DNA from: Myxococcales bacterium
GTDB taxonomy: Bacteria > Myxococcota_A > Polyangia > Polyangiales > DASUME01
Direction: 5' to 3'
Length of the DNA: 64,000 nt
NCBI GenBank assembly: GCA_047601445.1
Contig: JASGJH010000001.1
Location: 2,784,001-2,848,000, forward strand
Of this stretch, positions 9,830 through 19,466 are shown one piece after another. Made by a program: the position numbers and the translations under genes. The notes beneath the pieces are model-generated. The model was not told where the DNA came from. It ran no database searches and was given only the letters and a program-made list of their open reading frames with translations. Each line of letters opens with the position of its first letter. Positions within the stretch are counted from its first letter, which is position 1.

Positions 9830-10155
9830 GCCGCGCCCTGGCCCGCGTTTTGGTGGCCCTTTTTCTGGCGCTTCCAGCGGGCAGCGCCGCAGCCGAGCCA
9901 GCATCGCCAGCGGTTGGTGCCGCCCTCGAGGGCGGCGCAGAACCGCGGCGACCCATCGATCTCAACAGAGCGACTGAAGCGGAGCTGCTCGAGTTGCCAG
10001 GTGTGGGTCCCTCACGCGCGAAGGCAATCCTGGCCTTTCGCGAGAGCCACGGAGGCTTTCAAAGCGTCTCGCAGCTGCTCCGCATCAAGGGCTTCGGACG
10101 CGCGATGTTCAAGCGCCTGCGCCCCCTCTTGGTGGTCACCGTTCCAGGCCCCTAG
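9826..10155 (+). CDS. comEA: ComEA-family helix-hairpin-helix DNA-binding protein
   Basis: Signal peptide plus IDLNRATEAELLELPGVGPSRAKAILAFRESHGGF…LLRIKGFG. Confidence 0.9.
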   Translation: MSRALARVLVALFLALPAGSAAAEPASPAVGAALEGGAEPRRPIDLNRATEAELLELPGVGPSRAKAILAFRESHGGFQSVSQLLRIKGFGRAMFKRLRPLLVVTVPGP

Positions 10156-10304
10156 CGTGCGCGCCGGGCGCGGCCCTTCGCCGCCCCGTGCGCGCACCTG
10201 ATGGCGCAGGGTTGTCGTCTGCCATTGTCCCAAGACCCCGCTGGAGCAGTCCCAGGGCGAGAACCAAGTGGGCCGACCAGGCTGGCTCGCGGTAGGCTAC
10301 GGGC

Positions 10305-10793
10305 GTGAAAGCAGCAGTCTCGATTCGACAGGCCACGCGGGCAGATCGGGCAACCGTGATGCGCTTCCATCGTGAGCTTTACGTGCGCTACCGGGACGAG
10401 ATCACCCGGCCCGAGGTGCTGCCCCTGTTTGCCTACAAGGACCTCGACGGCACCCTCAGTGACGACGTCGATGGGCTGCTGCGCACCCAGGACGCCACCG
10501 TGCTCCTCGCCGAGCGGGACACGACTCCAGTGGGCTACGTGACGGGTCACGTGGAGAGCGATCCGAGGCGCGTCCTGCCACGCAAGGGCGTGATCGAGGA
10601 CTGGTACGTGCTGCCCGCGGAGCGCGGTCAGGGCACCGGCAAGCTGCTGCTCGAGAGCTTGATCGAGCGCTTCCGCGGCGCAGGCTGCCACGTGGTGGAG
10701 TCCGGCACCTGGGCCTTCAACGAGGGCGCGCGCAAGGCGCACCTGGCGCTCGGCTTCAACGAGATCGAAGTGAAGTTCAGGAAACGTCTTTGA
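10305..10793 (+). CDS. GNAT family N-acetyltransferase
   Basis: Motif A YVLPAERGQGTGKLLL; N..A...H..LGF at the C-terminus. Confidence 0.88.
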   Translation: MKAAVSIRQATRADRATVMRFHRELYVRYRDEITRPEVLPLFAYKDLDGTLSDDVDGLLRTQDATVLLAERDTTPVGYVTGHVESDPRRVLPRKGVIEDWYVLPAERGQGTGKLLLESLIERFRGAGCHVVESGTWAFNEGARKAHLALGFNEIEVKFRKRL

Positions 10794-11421
10794 GCGCGTC
10801 GAGCAGGCGCCGGATCGGCTCGCGCTGCAGCTTGAAGGCCGCCACGTTGGCGATGACCACGGAGGAGATGTCCACCACGTTCTCGAACACCTCGAGCCCG
10901 TTCTGGCGCAACGTCTCCCCGGTCTCCACCAGGTCCACGATGACATCGGACAGGCCGGTGATGGGTGCCAGCTCGACCGAGCCCTGGAGATAGATGATCT
11001 CCACCTGCCGGCGCTGTTCGCGGTAGTAGCGCGTGGCGATGTTCACGAACTTGGTCCCCACCCGCAGCGGGCGTGGGGTATCGGCGGAAGGCGCCCGGCC
11101 GCTGAGCCCGCAGACGGCCATCTTGCAGCGCCCGATGCCCAGATCGAGTGGCACGTAGAGGTCGTACTCACGCTCGAGCAACACGTCGCGCCCCACCACG
11201 CCCAGGTCGGCGGCTCCGTACTCCACGTAGGTCGGGACGTCGTCGGGCTTGAGCAGCAAGAAGCGCACGGCACCATCGGGCGTGCTGCGCACCAGCCGAC
11301 GGTCCTCCGAGAGCAGCACTTGCGGGTCTACCCCCGCCCTTGCAAAGCGCGCGGCCAGGGACTTGAGCACGCGCCCCTTGGGGACGGCGATGGTGACGGT
11401 GGCTGGCGACGCGGTGCTCAT
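10777..11421 (-). CDS. hisG: ATP phosphoribosyltransferase, short form
   Basis: IAVPKGR, DVPTYVEYGAADLGVVG, GSVELAP and DLVETGETLRQNGL motifs; 214 aa with no C-terminal regulatory domain. Confidence 0.95.
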   Translation of the reverse strand: MSTASPATVTIAVPKGRVLKSLAARFARAGVDPQVLLSEDRRLVRSTPDGAVRFLLLKPDDVPTYVEYGAADLGVVGRDVLLEREYDLYVPLDLGIGRCKMAVCGLSGRAPSADTPRPLRVGTKFVNIATRYYREQRRQVEIIYLQGSVELAPITGLSDVIVDLVETGETLRQNGLEVFENVVDISSVVIANVAAFKLQREPIRRLLDALKDVS

Positions 11422-11493
11422 GGTCTCCTCGGGACTCGGCCGGGCGGGTTACCAGAGCCTTCGGGGGGCAGCAAGCCGCTAGCACTGCCCGCA

Positions 11494-12150
11494 CTAGGCC
11501 AGGCGCAGGCCGAGCGCGAAGGCGATCCAGCCGAGCAGCAACATGAGCCCGCTACGCCGTGCGATGCGCCGCATCACGCGGCCCCGCTCGTCGACCCCAC
11601 GCAGTAGGAACACGGCCGCCGCTACCACCCAGGTGACGCACCCGGCGAAGGCGAACACCACCCAAAACGAGTTGGGCGAGCGCCCCTTGAGCAGGCTCAA
11701 GTAGAGGGCCCGCCGCTCGGCTTCGGGCCGGCCCGCGTCGATCTCGGCGGGTGGCTCACGCACCATGAGGGCGGCAATGCGCTCGTCGGCGCGCCGCAGC
11801 CTCTCGGGTTCGAGGGTGACGAAGCCCTGACTGGCGTGGATGGCGGCATGAATGGCTCGCTGCGCGGAGAGCGCGTCGGGGAGGTCACCGCGCGCCTCCA
11901 GGGCCTCGCCCAGCTGCTCGAGCGAGCCCAGGGAGTCGCGGGCGAACACGTTGCCCGGGGCGTTCCAGCGGGCCGAGCGCCGAAACCCTGCGACGGCGGC
12001 CGGATAGTCCCCGCGCGCGAGCGCCCGTCGTGCGGCGAGCCCCTCACTGCGCGCCTCGAGCATGGCACGCGCGGCCATCACCAGGCACAGCACGCAGGCG
12101 CATAGCAAGGCGATGGCCAGGGTCCGCGCGTAGGGCGAGAACAATCTCAT
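11494..12150 (-). CDS. Hypothetical membrane protein (N-terminal TM, helical domain, two C-terminal TMs)
   Basis: ATG overlaps the stop of the upstream permease; hydrophobic segments at both ends. Confidence 0.65.
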   Translation of the reverse strand: MRLFSPYARTLAIALLCACVLCLVMAARAMLEARSEGLAARRALARGDYPAAVAGFRRSARWNAPGNVFARDSLGSLEQLGEALEARGDLPDALSAQRAIHAAIHASQGFVTLEPERLRRADERIAALMVREPPAEIDAGRPEAERRALYLSLLKGRSPNSFWVVFAFAGCVTWVVAAAVFLLRGVDERGRVMRRIARRSGLMLLLGWIAFALGLRLA

Positions 12151-13070
12151 AGGAAGTCGCGGCGCTCGAAGACGAAGGCCGCTGCCGCCAGCAACAAGAG
12201 CGCGTAGAGCACCCCATAGACGCTGCTCTTCGCGACGTACTGCCACAGCACCGCGGAGCTCTCGTCGTACAGCAGCGAGCGGCCGGGCACGTAAAGCTGC
12301 AGGTTCGGGAGCACCTCGGCGGCCCCGTGCAGCAAGCCCCGCACGGTGTCGTTGAGCTGCTTGCTCTGCATGGTGGCCATGTCGTCGGCGGAGCGCCCCG
12401 CAAGCCAGACCCCGATGGTGAACACGCCCGTGAGAAAGGGCGTGGAGAACGCCGAGAACAAGAGCGCCACTGCAGCCAAAACCAGGACCTCCACGATGGT
12501 CAATGCGAGCTGCGCGAGGACGGGCTGGAGCGCGCGATCGGTGCGGCTGAGGAGGAACGAGCACGCCCCCAGGGCCACCAGCGAGAAGGGGATCAGCACC
12601 GCAGTGCGATCACGCGCCTTCCAGACCCACAGCCCCAACAAGAGCGGCAGCCCCAGCAGTACACCCAGCGCGAGGCCCATGTCGACGCCAGCCTGAACGC
12701 TCGTGATCCACAACTGAAGCGCGCCCATCAACGCCACGAAGACAGCCGCCGTGAACAAGATGCCGGCGTACTTCCCGAGCAGGAACTCGGCGCGTCGGAT
12801 GGGCTTGGGCAAGATCACGTAGAGGGTCTTGCGCTCGATCTCCTTGTACAGCAGGGACGACCCCAGGAAGACCGCGACGACCACCGAGAACAGCGAGATG
12901 GAGGCGAGCCCGATGTCCGCGACGACGCGCTCCTGCTCGTGCAGCGAGAGCTGCGCCAGGGCCAAGGTGAAGAACAGCACCGCGCACGCGAAGCCGAGCA
13001 CGCCGTACAGCACGCGATCGCGGACGGCTTCTCGAAAGGTGTTGAGCGCTATGGCGTAGATGCGGGACAC
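12147..13070 (-). CDS. ABC-2 type transporter permease (PilI/NosY-like)
   Basis: IALNTFREAVRDRVLY, KEIERKTLYVILPKPIRRAEFLLGKY and C-terminal FERRDF. Confidence 0.85.
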   Translation of the reverse strand: MSRIYAIALNTFREAVRDRVLYGVLGFACAVLFFTLALAQLSLHEQERVVADIGLASISLFSVVVAVFLGSSLLYKEIERKTLYVILPKPIRRAEFLLGKYAGILFTAAVFVALMGALQLWITSVQAGVDMGLALGVLLGLPLLLGLWVWKARDRTAVLIPFSLVALGACSFLLSRTDRALQPVLAQLALTIVEVLVLAAVALLFSAFSTPFLTGVFTIGVWLAGRSADDMATMQSKQLNDTVRGLLHGAAEVLPNLQLYVPGRSLLYDESSAVLWQYVAKSSVYGVLYALLLLAAAAFVFERRDFL

Positions 13071-13079
13071 GGCGCCATC

Positions 13080-13721
13080 TTACATGAGGGCGGCGCCGGT
13101 GGCGTAGACCGCGAGTTCGTCCAGAAACGCCAGCCACAGCGCTCCTCCGACGAGTCCGCCCACCGTGCGCGAGAGCCGCGGCGAACAGCCCGGCCAAAGG
13201 CGCAGCAGGAAGACCGACAGGCCCTGCCCCAAGTGGACGCAGGTAGCCGAGATCCCCACCACATAGCCTGCCGCGCCGAGCGGTGTTCCGGTCTGGTCGA
13301 GCATGGCCCCGAACACCGCGAAGGCCCGCCCCGCGGGGAGGAAAGGGTGCCAGACGCCGAGCACGTGAACGCACAGGAAGGCGCCCGTGAGCAGGCCGGT
13401 GATGGCCTGAAAGCGACGGAAGGCGGGCGAGGCGTAGCCGGCTTGGGCAGCGGGTCGCAGGCCTCCCCGGGCGAGCAGCCAGAGGGCACACCCCGCATGG
13501 AGCAGAAGCGGCAACACCACCAGCAGGAGCTCCACGACCCCGTGCCCCGTGGCGTCGAGACGGGCCAACATCGCGTCTCGCCCTGCGCGCACGGCACTCT
13601 GCTGCCAGGCATGGAACAGCGCGAACCCCACCAGGGGCAGCCCGCCGCTGAGCGAATGGAGCCTGCGCACCCGGTCGAGTCCATCGCGCGCAGGTCTCGT
13701 GAAGGGTGCCGGCTCTGCCAT
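13080..13721 (-). CDS. SdhC-like cytochrome b558 membrane subunit (orphan)
   Basis: RRLHSLSG, LFHAW, LLLHAG, FQAITG…CVHV and CVHLGQGL pattern of 5-TM diheme SdhC. Confidence 0.75.
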   Translation of the reverse strand: MAEPAPFTRPARDGLDRVRRLHSLSGGLPLVGFALFHAWQQSAVRAGRDAMLARLDATGHGVVELLLVVLPLLLHAGCALWLLARGGLRPAAQAGYASPAFRRFQAITGLLTGAFLCVHVLGVWHPFLPAGRAFAVFGAMLDQTGTPLGAAGYVVGISATCVHLGQGLSVFLLRLWPGCSPRLSRTVGGLVGGALWLAFLDELAVYATGAALM

Positions 13722-13867
13722 CTCTGAAGCTGAATCTTGCGGAGCGCGGTCGCGCCTGGTCAAGGGATGGACCGTCCGAGGGGCGGTCGGAGCGCGAGCG
13801 AGCGACACGCGGGGGTGGGCGAAACCCCGGCTTGGGAGGGGGTCGTGCTATCCATCCGGCCGTGCCG

Positions 13868-15430
13868 ATGTCGCCAGCGGGTCTTCGAGAGAGCGTGCAC
13901 CCCGCACTGTTGGCCGGCGTGGGGGGCGGCTTGCTCGCCCTCAGCGGCGAACCCTGGTCGTGGAACCTGCTGGGCTTTCTGAGCCTGGGGCTGTTGCTCG
14001 AGGCCCTGGAGCGCAGCGGACGTCGCGCGCGTCCCGTGCTGACGAGCGGGCTCGTGGGCCTGGCCTTCGGTGCCGTGGTGAACGGCATTGCGCTCTATTC
14101 CATAGGCTCGCTGTTGCAGGCGTTCGGCGGGTTCTCTCCGCTCGTAGCCTGGCCCATCGCCTGCCTGGCGTTTGCGGCCCAGGGCTTGCCCTACGCTGCT
14201 TGCGGCGTCCTCACGACCTACTGCGCGCGGGCCGGCCTCCCCCGCTGGCTTAGCTTTCCTGCTTGCTTGGTGCTCGCGCTGTGGCTGACGCCGCAATTGT
14301 TTCCATGGCGCCCCTCGGCACCGCAGGTGGACTTCCTGTGGTTCGTGCAGATCGCCGACCTCGGAGGTCAGGCGCTGCTCGACCTGTGTATGGCCGCGGT
14401 CGCGAGCGGCACCTGGCAGGCCCTGCGCTCGCTCAAGCCGCAGCGCGAGGCCGCGTGGGCGCCCGCCATCGTGGCCGGGCTGTCCCTGGCCCTCCCGTGC
14501 GGCTACGGCTACCTCCGCCTCGGCCAGGTGCGAAGCGCGCGCAACGACGCGCAGGCCGTGCGCGTGGGCGTGGTGCAGAGCAACGTGGGCATTCAGCTCA
14601 AGCATGATCCCGCGCGCTCGCTGGAGATCCTGGCGGACCTGAAGCGCCTCACGGGCAAGCTCGAGCGTCAGGGCAGCCAGCTCACGGTGTGGGCGGAGAC
14701 GGCCTACCCTTACGCGCTCCTGCGCTCGCGTGGCGCGCAGCCGGACGACGAGCGCACCATCGTGGACGCGAGCGTACGTGGGCCCGTGTTGATCGGCGCC
14801 GTGACCTACAGCGAGCGGGGCGGGGTGCAGAGCAAATACAACACCGCCTGGCTCTTGCGCGAAAACGGGCGCTTCGGCGATCGCGTCGACAAGTCACGCC
14901 TGTTGGCGTTCGGCGAGTACGTGCCGTTCTGGAGCTACCTGCCGCCGTTGCAGGAGAAGTATCCGTCGCCCGGCTTCGAGGCGGGCGAGAACGACGTGAT
15001 TCGCGTGCATCCGGCGGGCAGCGCGGGCAGCCTCCGCTTCGGAATTTTGATCTGCTACGAGGACCTGTTCGCCGACCTGGCCCGCAAGGTCGTCGAGCGG
15101 CGCGCCGACGTGCTGTTGAACATGACCAACGACGCGTGGTTCGGCGATAGCAACGAGCCCGCGCTGCACGACATGGTGGCGCGGTTGCGGGCCGTGGAGA
15201 CCCGACGCGACCTGGTGCGCGTGGTCAACACCGGGGTTTCGAGCGTCTCGAGCGCGACCGGAGAGCTGCTACTGCGCACCCGAACGTTCACCCAGGCGAG
15301 CTTCGTGGCCGACGTGCGGATCATGTCCGAGATCACGCCGTACACGTGCTGGGGCGACTGGCTACCGCCGCTGCTGGCGTGTGTTTTGGCGGCGGCGCTC
15401 GTGCGCCGCAGGCTCAGGAGAGCACCCTGA
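13868..15430 (+). CDS. lnt: Apolipoprotein N-acyltransferase
   Basis: WAETAYP, K.RLLAFGEYVP, ICYED, NMTNDAWFG and RAVETRR..VRVVNTGVS motifs. Confidence 0.95.
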   Translation: MSPAGLRESVHPALLAGVGGGLLALSGEPWSWNLLGFLSLGLLLEALERSGRRARPVLTSGLVGLAFGAVVNGIALYSIGSLLQAFGGFSPLVAWPIACLAFAAQGLPYAACGVLTTYCARAGLPRWLSFPACLVLALWLTPQLFPWRPSAPQVDFLWFVQIADLGGQALLDLCMAAVASGTWQALRSLKPQREAAWAPAIVAGLSLALPCGYGYLRLGQVRSARNDAQAVRVGVVQSNVGIQLKHDPARSLEILADLKRLTGKLERQGSQLTVWAETAYPYALLRSRGAQPDDERTIVDASVRGPVLIGAVTYSERGGVQSKYNTAWLLRENGRFGDRVDKSRLLAFGEYVPFWSYLPPLQEKYPSPGFEAGENDVIRVHPAGSAGSLRFGILICYEDLFADLARKVVERRADVLLNMTNDAWFGDSNEPALHDMVARLRAVETRRDLVRVVNTGVSSVSSATGELLLRTRTFTQASFVADVRIMSEITPYTCWGDWLPPLLACVLAAALVRRRLRRAP

Positions 15431-16709
15431 GCGAACGCTTGTGAGCGTCGGGGCTCCACTCGTAGTGGAAGCGTGGGTCGTTCAAGAGATCTTGGTAGCT
15501 GCCGAAGACGGCGCGCGAATCGTGCACCGTGTCGAGCGGTTCGCGCTCGTCGATCGCACCGGGATTGGCGTCGAAGGTTCGGAGCACCTGGTAGCGTGTG
15601 CTGCGCTCCCCGGGCACGCGCCCGCTGTCGCGGATCAAGCGACGTAGGGTCCGCGGCGCGACCAACTGGCCGTGTTGAGCCCCCGCAGCGGTGGAAATGC
15701 TCTCGTTCATCAGGGTGCCGCCGAGGTCGTTGACCCCCGACGACAACAAGCTCTGAGCCGTGCGCAGCCCTTCCTTGACCCACGAAGCCTGGATGTTCTT
15801 GAAGGTCGCCCCGAGCATCAAGCGCGCCGTGGCGTACAGGCGCACGATGGCGTCGCCCGTGGGGCCCGCCGAGACCGCTCCATCCTGGTCTTCCAGGAAC
15901 AACGGGGCCTCCGCGTGCACGAAGGACAGCGGCACGAACTCCGTGAACCCGCCGCTGCGCTTCTGCAGGTCGCGCAGCAACGCCAGGTGAGCCACGCGAT
16001 CGCGCGCGGTCTCCACGTGCCCGAACATCATGGTGGACGTGGTCGGGATCCCGAGCTCGTGGGCGGTGGTGATCACGTCGATCCACTGCTGCGTGGAGAT
16101 CCGCCCGGGCGCGATGCGCGCGCGGATGCCGTCGTCCAGGATCTCGGCGGACGTGCCAGGCAAAGACCCGAGACCGGCCTCCTTGAGCTCGAGCAAGAAC
16201 TCCCGCACCGGCACCCGCGAGAGAGCGGCGCCGTACTTGATCTCCTCTGGCGAGAACGCATGGATATGGAGCTCGGGCAGGGCTCGCTTCACAGCGCGAA
16301 CGATCTCGACGTAGAGACGTCCCTGAGCCTCCGGCAACAAGCCGGCCTGGAGACAGACCTCCGTCGCCCCGAAGTCCCGCGCCTGTTGCGCGCGCCGCAC
16401 CACTTCCTCGGTGCTCAAGAGGTAGCCCTGTTCGCTGCGCAGATCGCGCGAGAACGCGCAGAACTTGCAGGCCTTCACGCAGACGTTGGTGAAGTTGATG
16501 TTGCGATTGACGACGTAGGTCACCACGTCCCCGACTTGCCGCGTGCGCAGCTCGTCGGCCACGGCGCCGAGCGCCAGGAGATCGCGCCCGCGGGCCGCAT
16601 CGAGCTCGAGCGCCGATTCCACGTCGAGCTCGCGCCCTTCCAGGCACGCCTCGAGCACCGCGCGCACGCGCGCAGATACCGGGCGGAGCAATCCTTCCAG
16701 CGCCGTCAT
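15414..16709 (-). CDS. cofH: FO synthase subunit CofH (radical SAM)
   Basis: YVVNRNINFTNVCVKACKFCAF, PGTSAEIL, NIQASWVK and NDLGGTLMNESISTAAGA motifs; coupled to cofG. Confidence 0.93.
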   Translation of the reverse strand: MTALEGLLRPVSARVRAVLEACLEGRELDVESALELDAARGRDLLALGAVADELRTRQVGDVVTYVVNRNINFTNVCVKACKFCAFSRDLRSEQGYLLSTEEVVRRAQQARDFGATEVCLQAGLLPEAQGRLYVEIVRAVKRALPELHIHAFSPEEIKYGAALSRVPVREFLLELKEAGLGSLPGTSAEILDDGIRARIAPGRISTQQWIDVITTAHELGIPTTSTMMFGHVETARDRVAHLALLRDLQKRSGGFTEFVPLSFVHAEAPLFLEDQDGAVSAGPTGDAIVRLYATARLMLGATFKNIQASWVKEGLRTAQSLLSSGVNDLGGTLMNESISTAAGAQHGQLVAPRTLRRLIRDSGRVPGERSTRYQVLRTFDANPGAIDEREPLDTVHDSRAVFGSYQDLLNDPRFHYEWSPDAHKRSLRVLS

Positions 16710-17995
16710 GGGGAAGCTCTCCCTGCTGGCTCGACCTCCGAGTTGGTGAGCCCCGGGCCCGCATCGCTCGCGAGGATCGGCAGCAGCCGCTCTCCTTGCT
16801 CCGGGGCCAGACGGTCCGCCCGCGTCACGCGCGCTAGGCGCTGACGCTCCCGCTCCAGGGTGTCGCGCAGGCGAGCGTCCACGAAGGCCTCGTCGGCGGC
16901 GAAGCGCGGGTAGATGGGCAAGCGCGGCGCAAGCGAGAATCCAAGCGCACCGCACTGCTCCGCAAGGCGCGCGAGGTGCGGCCAGGGATGGCCCGGGTTG
17001 ATGTAGTCCGGCGTGACGGGAGAGATGCCCCCGAAGTCGTTGATGCCCGCCTGGATCAGGAGCTCTGTGGCGTGGGGATTGAGGTTCGGCGGGGCTTGCA
17101 CGCTGACCTCGTCGGGCAGGATCAAGCGCGCCAAGGCCACCGCGTGGGCGATTTCGAGATCTTCGGGCTCGGGTGCGCTCGCCATCGGGGTCTCGGGCTT
17201 GGTGCGGAAGTTCTGCACGATGACTTCCTGGATGTGACCGTGCTCCGCGTGCAGCGCCCGGATGGCGAGCAGGCTCTGCACACGCTCGAGGCGCGTCTCC
17301 CCGATGCCGAGCAGGATGCCGCTGGTGAACGGAATCTTGAGCTCACCAGCCTCGCGCGTCATGCGCACGCGCAGCTCGGGTCGCTTGTCGCGAGCGCGGT
17401 GGTGGGGCATTCCCTTCTCGCAGAGGCGTGGGCTGATGTTCTCGAGCATCAAGCCGAAGCTCACGTTCAGCGGACGCAGACGCGACAGCTCGTCGCGGGT
17501 CAAGAGTCCCGCGTTCGTGTGCGGCAAGAGGTCGAGCGCGAGCGCCTGCTCCGCGGCCCAGGCCAGATAGTCCACCGTCGAGACGCAACCGAACTCGGCC
17601 AGCTCGCTGCGATAGCTCGGGAACACGCTCTCGGGTCGATCGCCGAGGCAGAACAGGGCCTCGCAAGCGCCGGCCTGTCGACCTCGATCGAGCCACTCAC
17701 GGACCTCGTGTGGGCGCATGGTCCAGGCTCCGGGATCGCCGGGTGAGCGTCGAAAGGAGCAGTAGTCGCAGACGTCGCGACAGAGGTTCGTGAGGGGCAG
17801 GAAGACCTTGGGCGAGAAGGTCAGCTGCGTACCGTAGGCGCGATTGCGGCGCGTCGCGGCGGCTTCGCACAGCGCCGGCAAGTCGGCGTGCGTGAGCTCG
17901 GCCAGCGCGAGCGCGTCTTGCTCGAGCAACAAGCCATCGAGAGCTCGCGTCAGCACCGCGGAGAGACTGCTCGGCATCGACGACGACGTTGCCAT
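16706..17995 (-). CDS. cofG: FO synthase subunit CofG (radical SAM)
   Basis: TFSPKVFLPLTNLCRDVCDYC, GACEALF, LLPHTNAG, QAPPNL and GGISPVTPDYINP..PWP motifs. Confidence 0.93.
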   Translation of the reverse strand: MATSSSMPSSLSAVLTRALDGLLLEQDALALAELTHADLPALCEAAATRRNRAYGTQLTFSPKVFLPLTNLCRDVCDYCSFRRSPGDPGAWTMRPHEVREWLDRGRQAGACEALFCLGDRPESVFPSYRSELAEFGCVSTVDYLAWAAEQALALDLLPHTNAGLLTRDELSRLRPLNVSFGLMLENISPRLCEKGMPHHRARDKRPELRVRMTREAGELKIPFTSGILLGIGETRLERVQSLLAIRALHAEHGHIQEVIVQNFRTKPETPMASAPEPEDLEIAHAVALARLILPDEVSVQAPPNLNPHATELLIQAGINDFGGISPVTPDYINPGHPWPHLARLAEQCGALGFSLAPRLPIYPRFAADEAFVDARLRDTLERERQRLARVTRADRLAPEQGERLLPILASDAGPGLTNSEVEPAGRASP

Positions 17996-18133
17996 GGGCC
18001 CCAGGCCCCGTCCAGCCAGGCTCGGGCGGGCGCGCCACAGGTGCGGTGAGCCATGTTTTGGGGCTCGCCCCCCGAGCCGGACGAGACCCGGTGCGCGGCC
18101 TCTGGAAGCCTGCGGGGCGACCGCCGTTCGGAT

Positions 18134-19390
18134 ATGCTCGCGGCGATGTTCGCGCGACGCGTATGGCTGCTCTCGGCAGGTGTATTGCTCCTGGTCTCGA
18201 GCCTGTTCCTCGCGGCCTCCCAGGTGAATCAGCTCGAACGCCGTGAGCTCGAGCACGAGAGCCCGTGGCGCTCTTTGGCCGCGCTTGAGGGGCAGCCCGG
18301 CTCCACCCGCATCAGCGCGCGCCTCACCGAAGTCACGCTAGACGCGGGAGAGGAGGCCGTCTTCGAGCTGTGCTCACGCGATCAGCTCGCGAAAGAAGCT
18401 TGGGCCGATCGCCTGGACGTGATGGTTTGGCAACCCGATACGCAGCGGCTCGAGCTGAAGATTGCGCTCGACGCGCCCCACCTCGCACTCGGCAAGCGCG
18501 CGCCCGACCGCAGCTGCCTCACCTTGGGCGGCGGGCTCGTGCAGCGCGGCGGCAAGTACGCGGTGGACCTGGTCTGGGCGGGCAAACCTGTGCTCGCGGA
18601 GTCACAGCGAAACGTCCCCCTGAAGGCTCGCGTGCTGGCCAAACGCCCCCTGAACGCCCGCGACGCCTTGCTCGTGCTCGGCGCCGCGCTCGGGGCCCTG
18701 CTCAGCGTACTGGCCGGTTTTGCCAACCCGGAGCCGCGACACGAGAGCGCGCGGCGCGGCCCCATCTGGGCGCTTGCGGCGAGCATTTTGGCGAGCGTGC
18801 TCACCGTGCTGGCCACACGTCTCCCGCTGTCCGGTGCGGTCGGCGGCCTGGTCCGCGGACTCTTGCTGGCAGCCATCCAAGTCGGCATCGCGTGGGCCTT
18901 CGCGCGCCTCATCTACAAGCTCCCACGCGCGGGCCTTTCCCTCTATGCGCCCGAGCGTCACGTGGGCGCCTGGCTGTTCGGTGCCATGGCGGCGGCCCTT
19001 TGTCTGCGCCCCATGGCGCGCCTGGCCCTCGCGCTGATTCCGGCCACCGGCGAAGCGCCCATCGAGGCCTTCATTTCCTGGCCGAGCGGTGCTCTCGCCT
19101 TCGCCGCCCTGGGCATGGTTGTTCCCCTGGCGGAGGAGCTGTTCTTCCGCGGCCTGGTCTACGGTGCACTGGTCCCGCTCGGGCGTACCGCGGCCATCGT
19201 GGTGACGACACTGCTGTTTGCAGCGGTGCACGCACCGCAGACCTGGGGCAACTGGGGCGCCCTGTTGGCCGTCACGGTCACCGGCGCTGTCCTGACCTGC
19301 CTGCGGGCGGTCTCTGGCTCGGCCTTGGTGCCGGCCGTCGCCCACCTCCTGTACAACCTCACACTCTGGAGCGACTCCTTTCGTGGTTGA
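18134..19390 (+). CDS. CPBP (type II CAAX/Abi) intramembrane glutamic protease with N-terminal periplasmic domain
   Basis: PLAEELFFRG, LFAAVH and AVAHLLYN motifs. Confidence 0.88.
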   Translation: MLAAMFARRVWLLSAGVLLLVSSLFLAASQVNQLERRELEHESPWRSLAALEGQPGSTRISARLTEVTLDAGEEAVFELCSRDQLAKEAWADRLDVMVWQPDTQRLELKIALDAPHLALGKRAPDRSCLTLGGGLVQRGGKYAVDLVWAGKPVLAESQRNVPLKARVLAKRPLNARDALLVLGAALGALLSVLAGFANPEPRHESARRGPIWALAASILASVLTVLATRLPLSGAVGGLVRGLLLAAIQVGIAWAFARLIYKLPRAGLSLYAPERHVGAWLFGAMAAALCLRPMARLALALIPATGEAPIEAFISWPSGALAFAALGMVVPLAEELFFRGLVYGALVPLGRTAAIVVTTLLFAAVHAPQTWGNWGALLAVTVTGAVLTCLRAVSGSALVPAVAHLLYNLTLWSDSFRG

Positions 19391-19466
19391 GCTCGCAAGC
19401 GCGGGCCCCGGGCGGTGCGCCTGCGAGGTGCGCGCTTCGGCGGCTCGCACTATGGTGGTCGCGGCC

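Noticed and set aside
15414..16709. MqnC/MqnE menaquinone radical SAM enzyme
   Set aside because: Coupling to cofG, the nearby cofCDE genes and the GTLMNESIS motif favour CofH.
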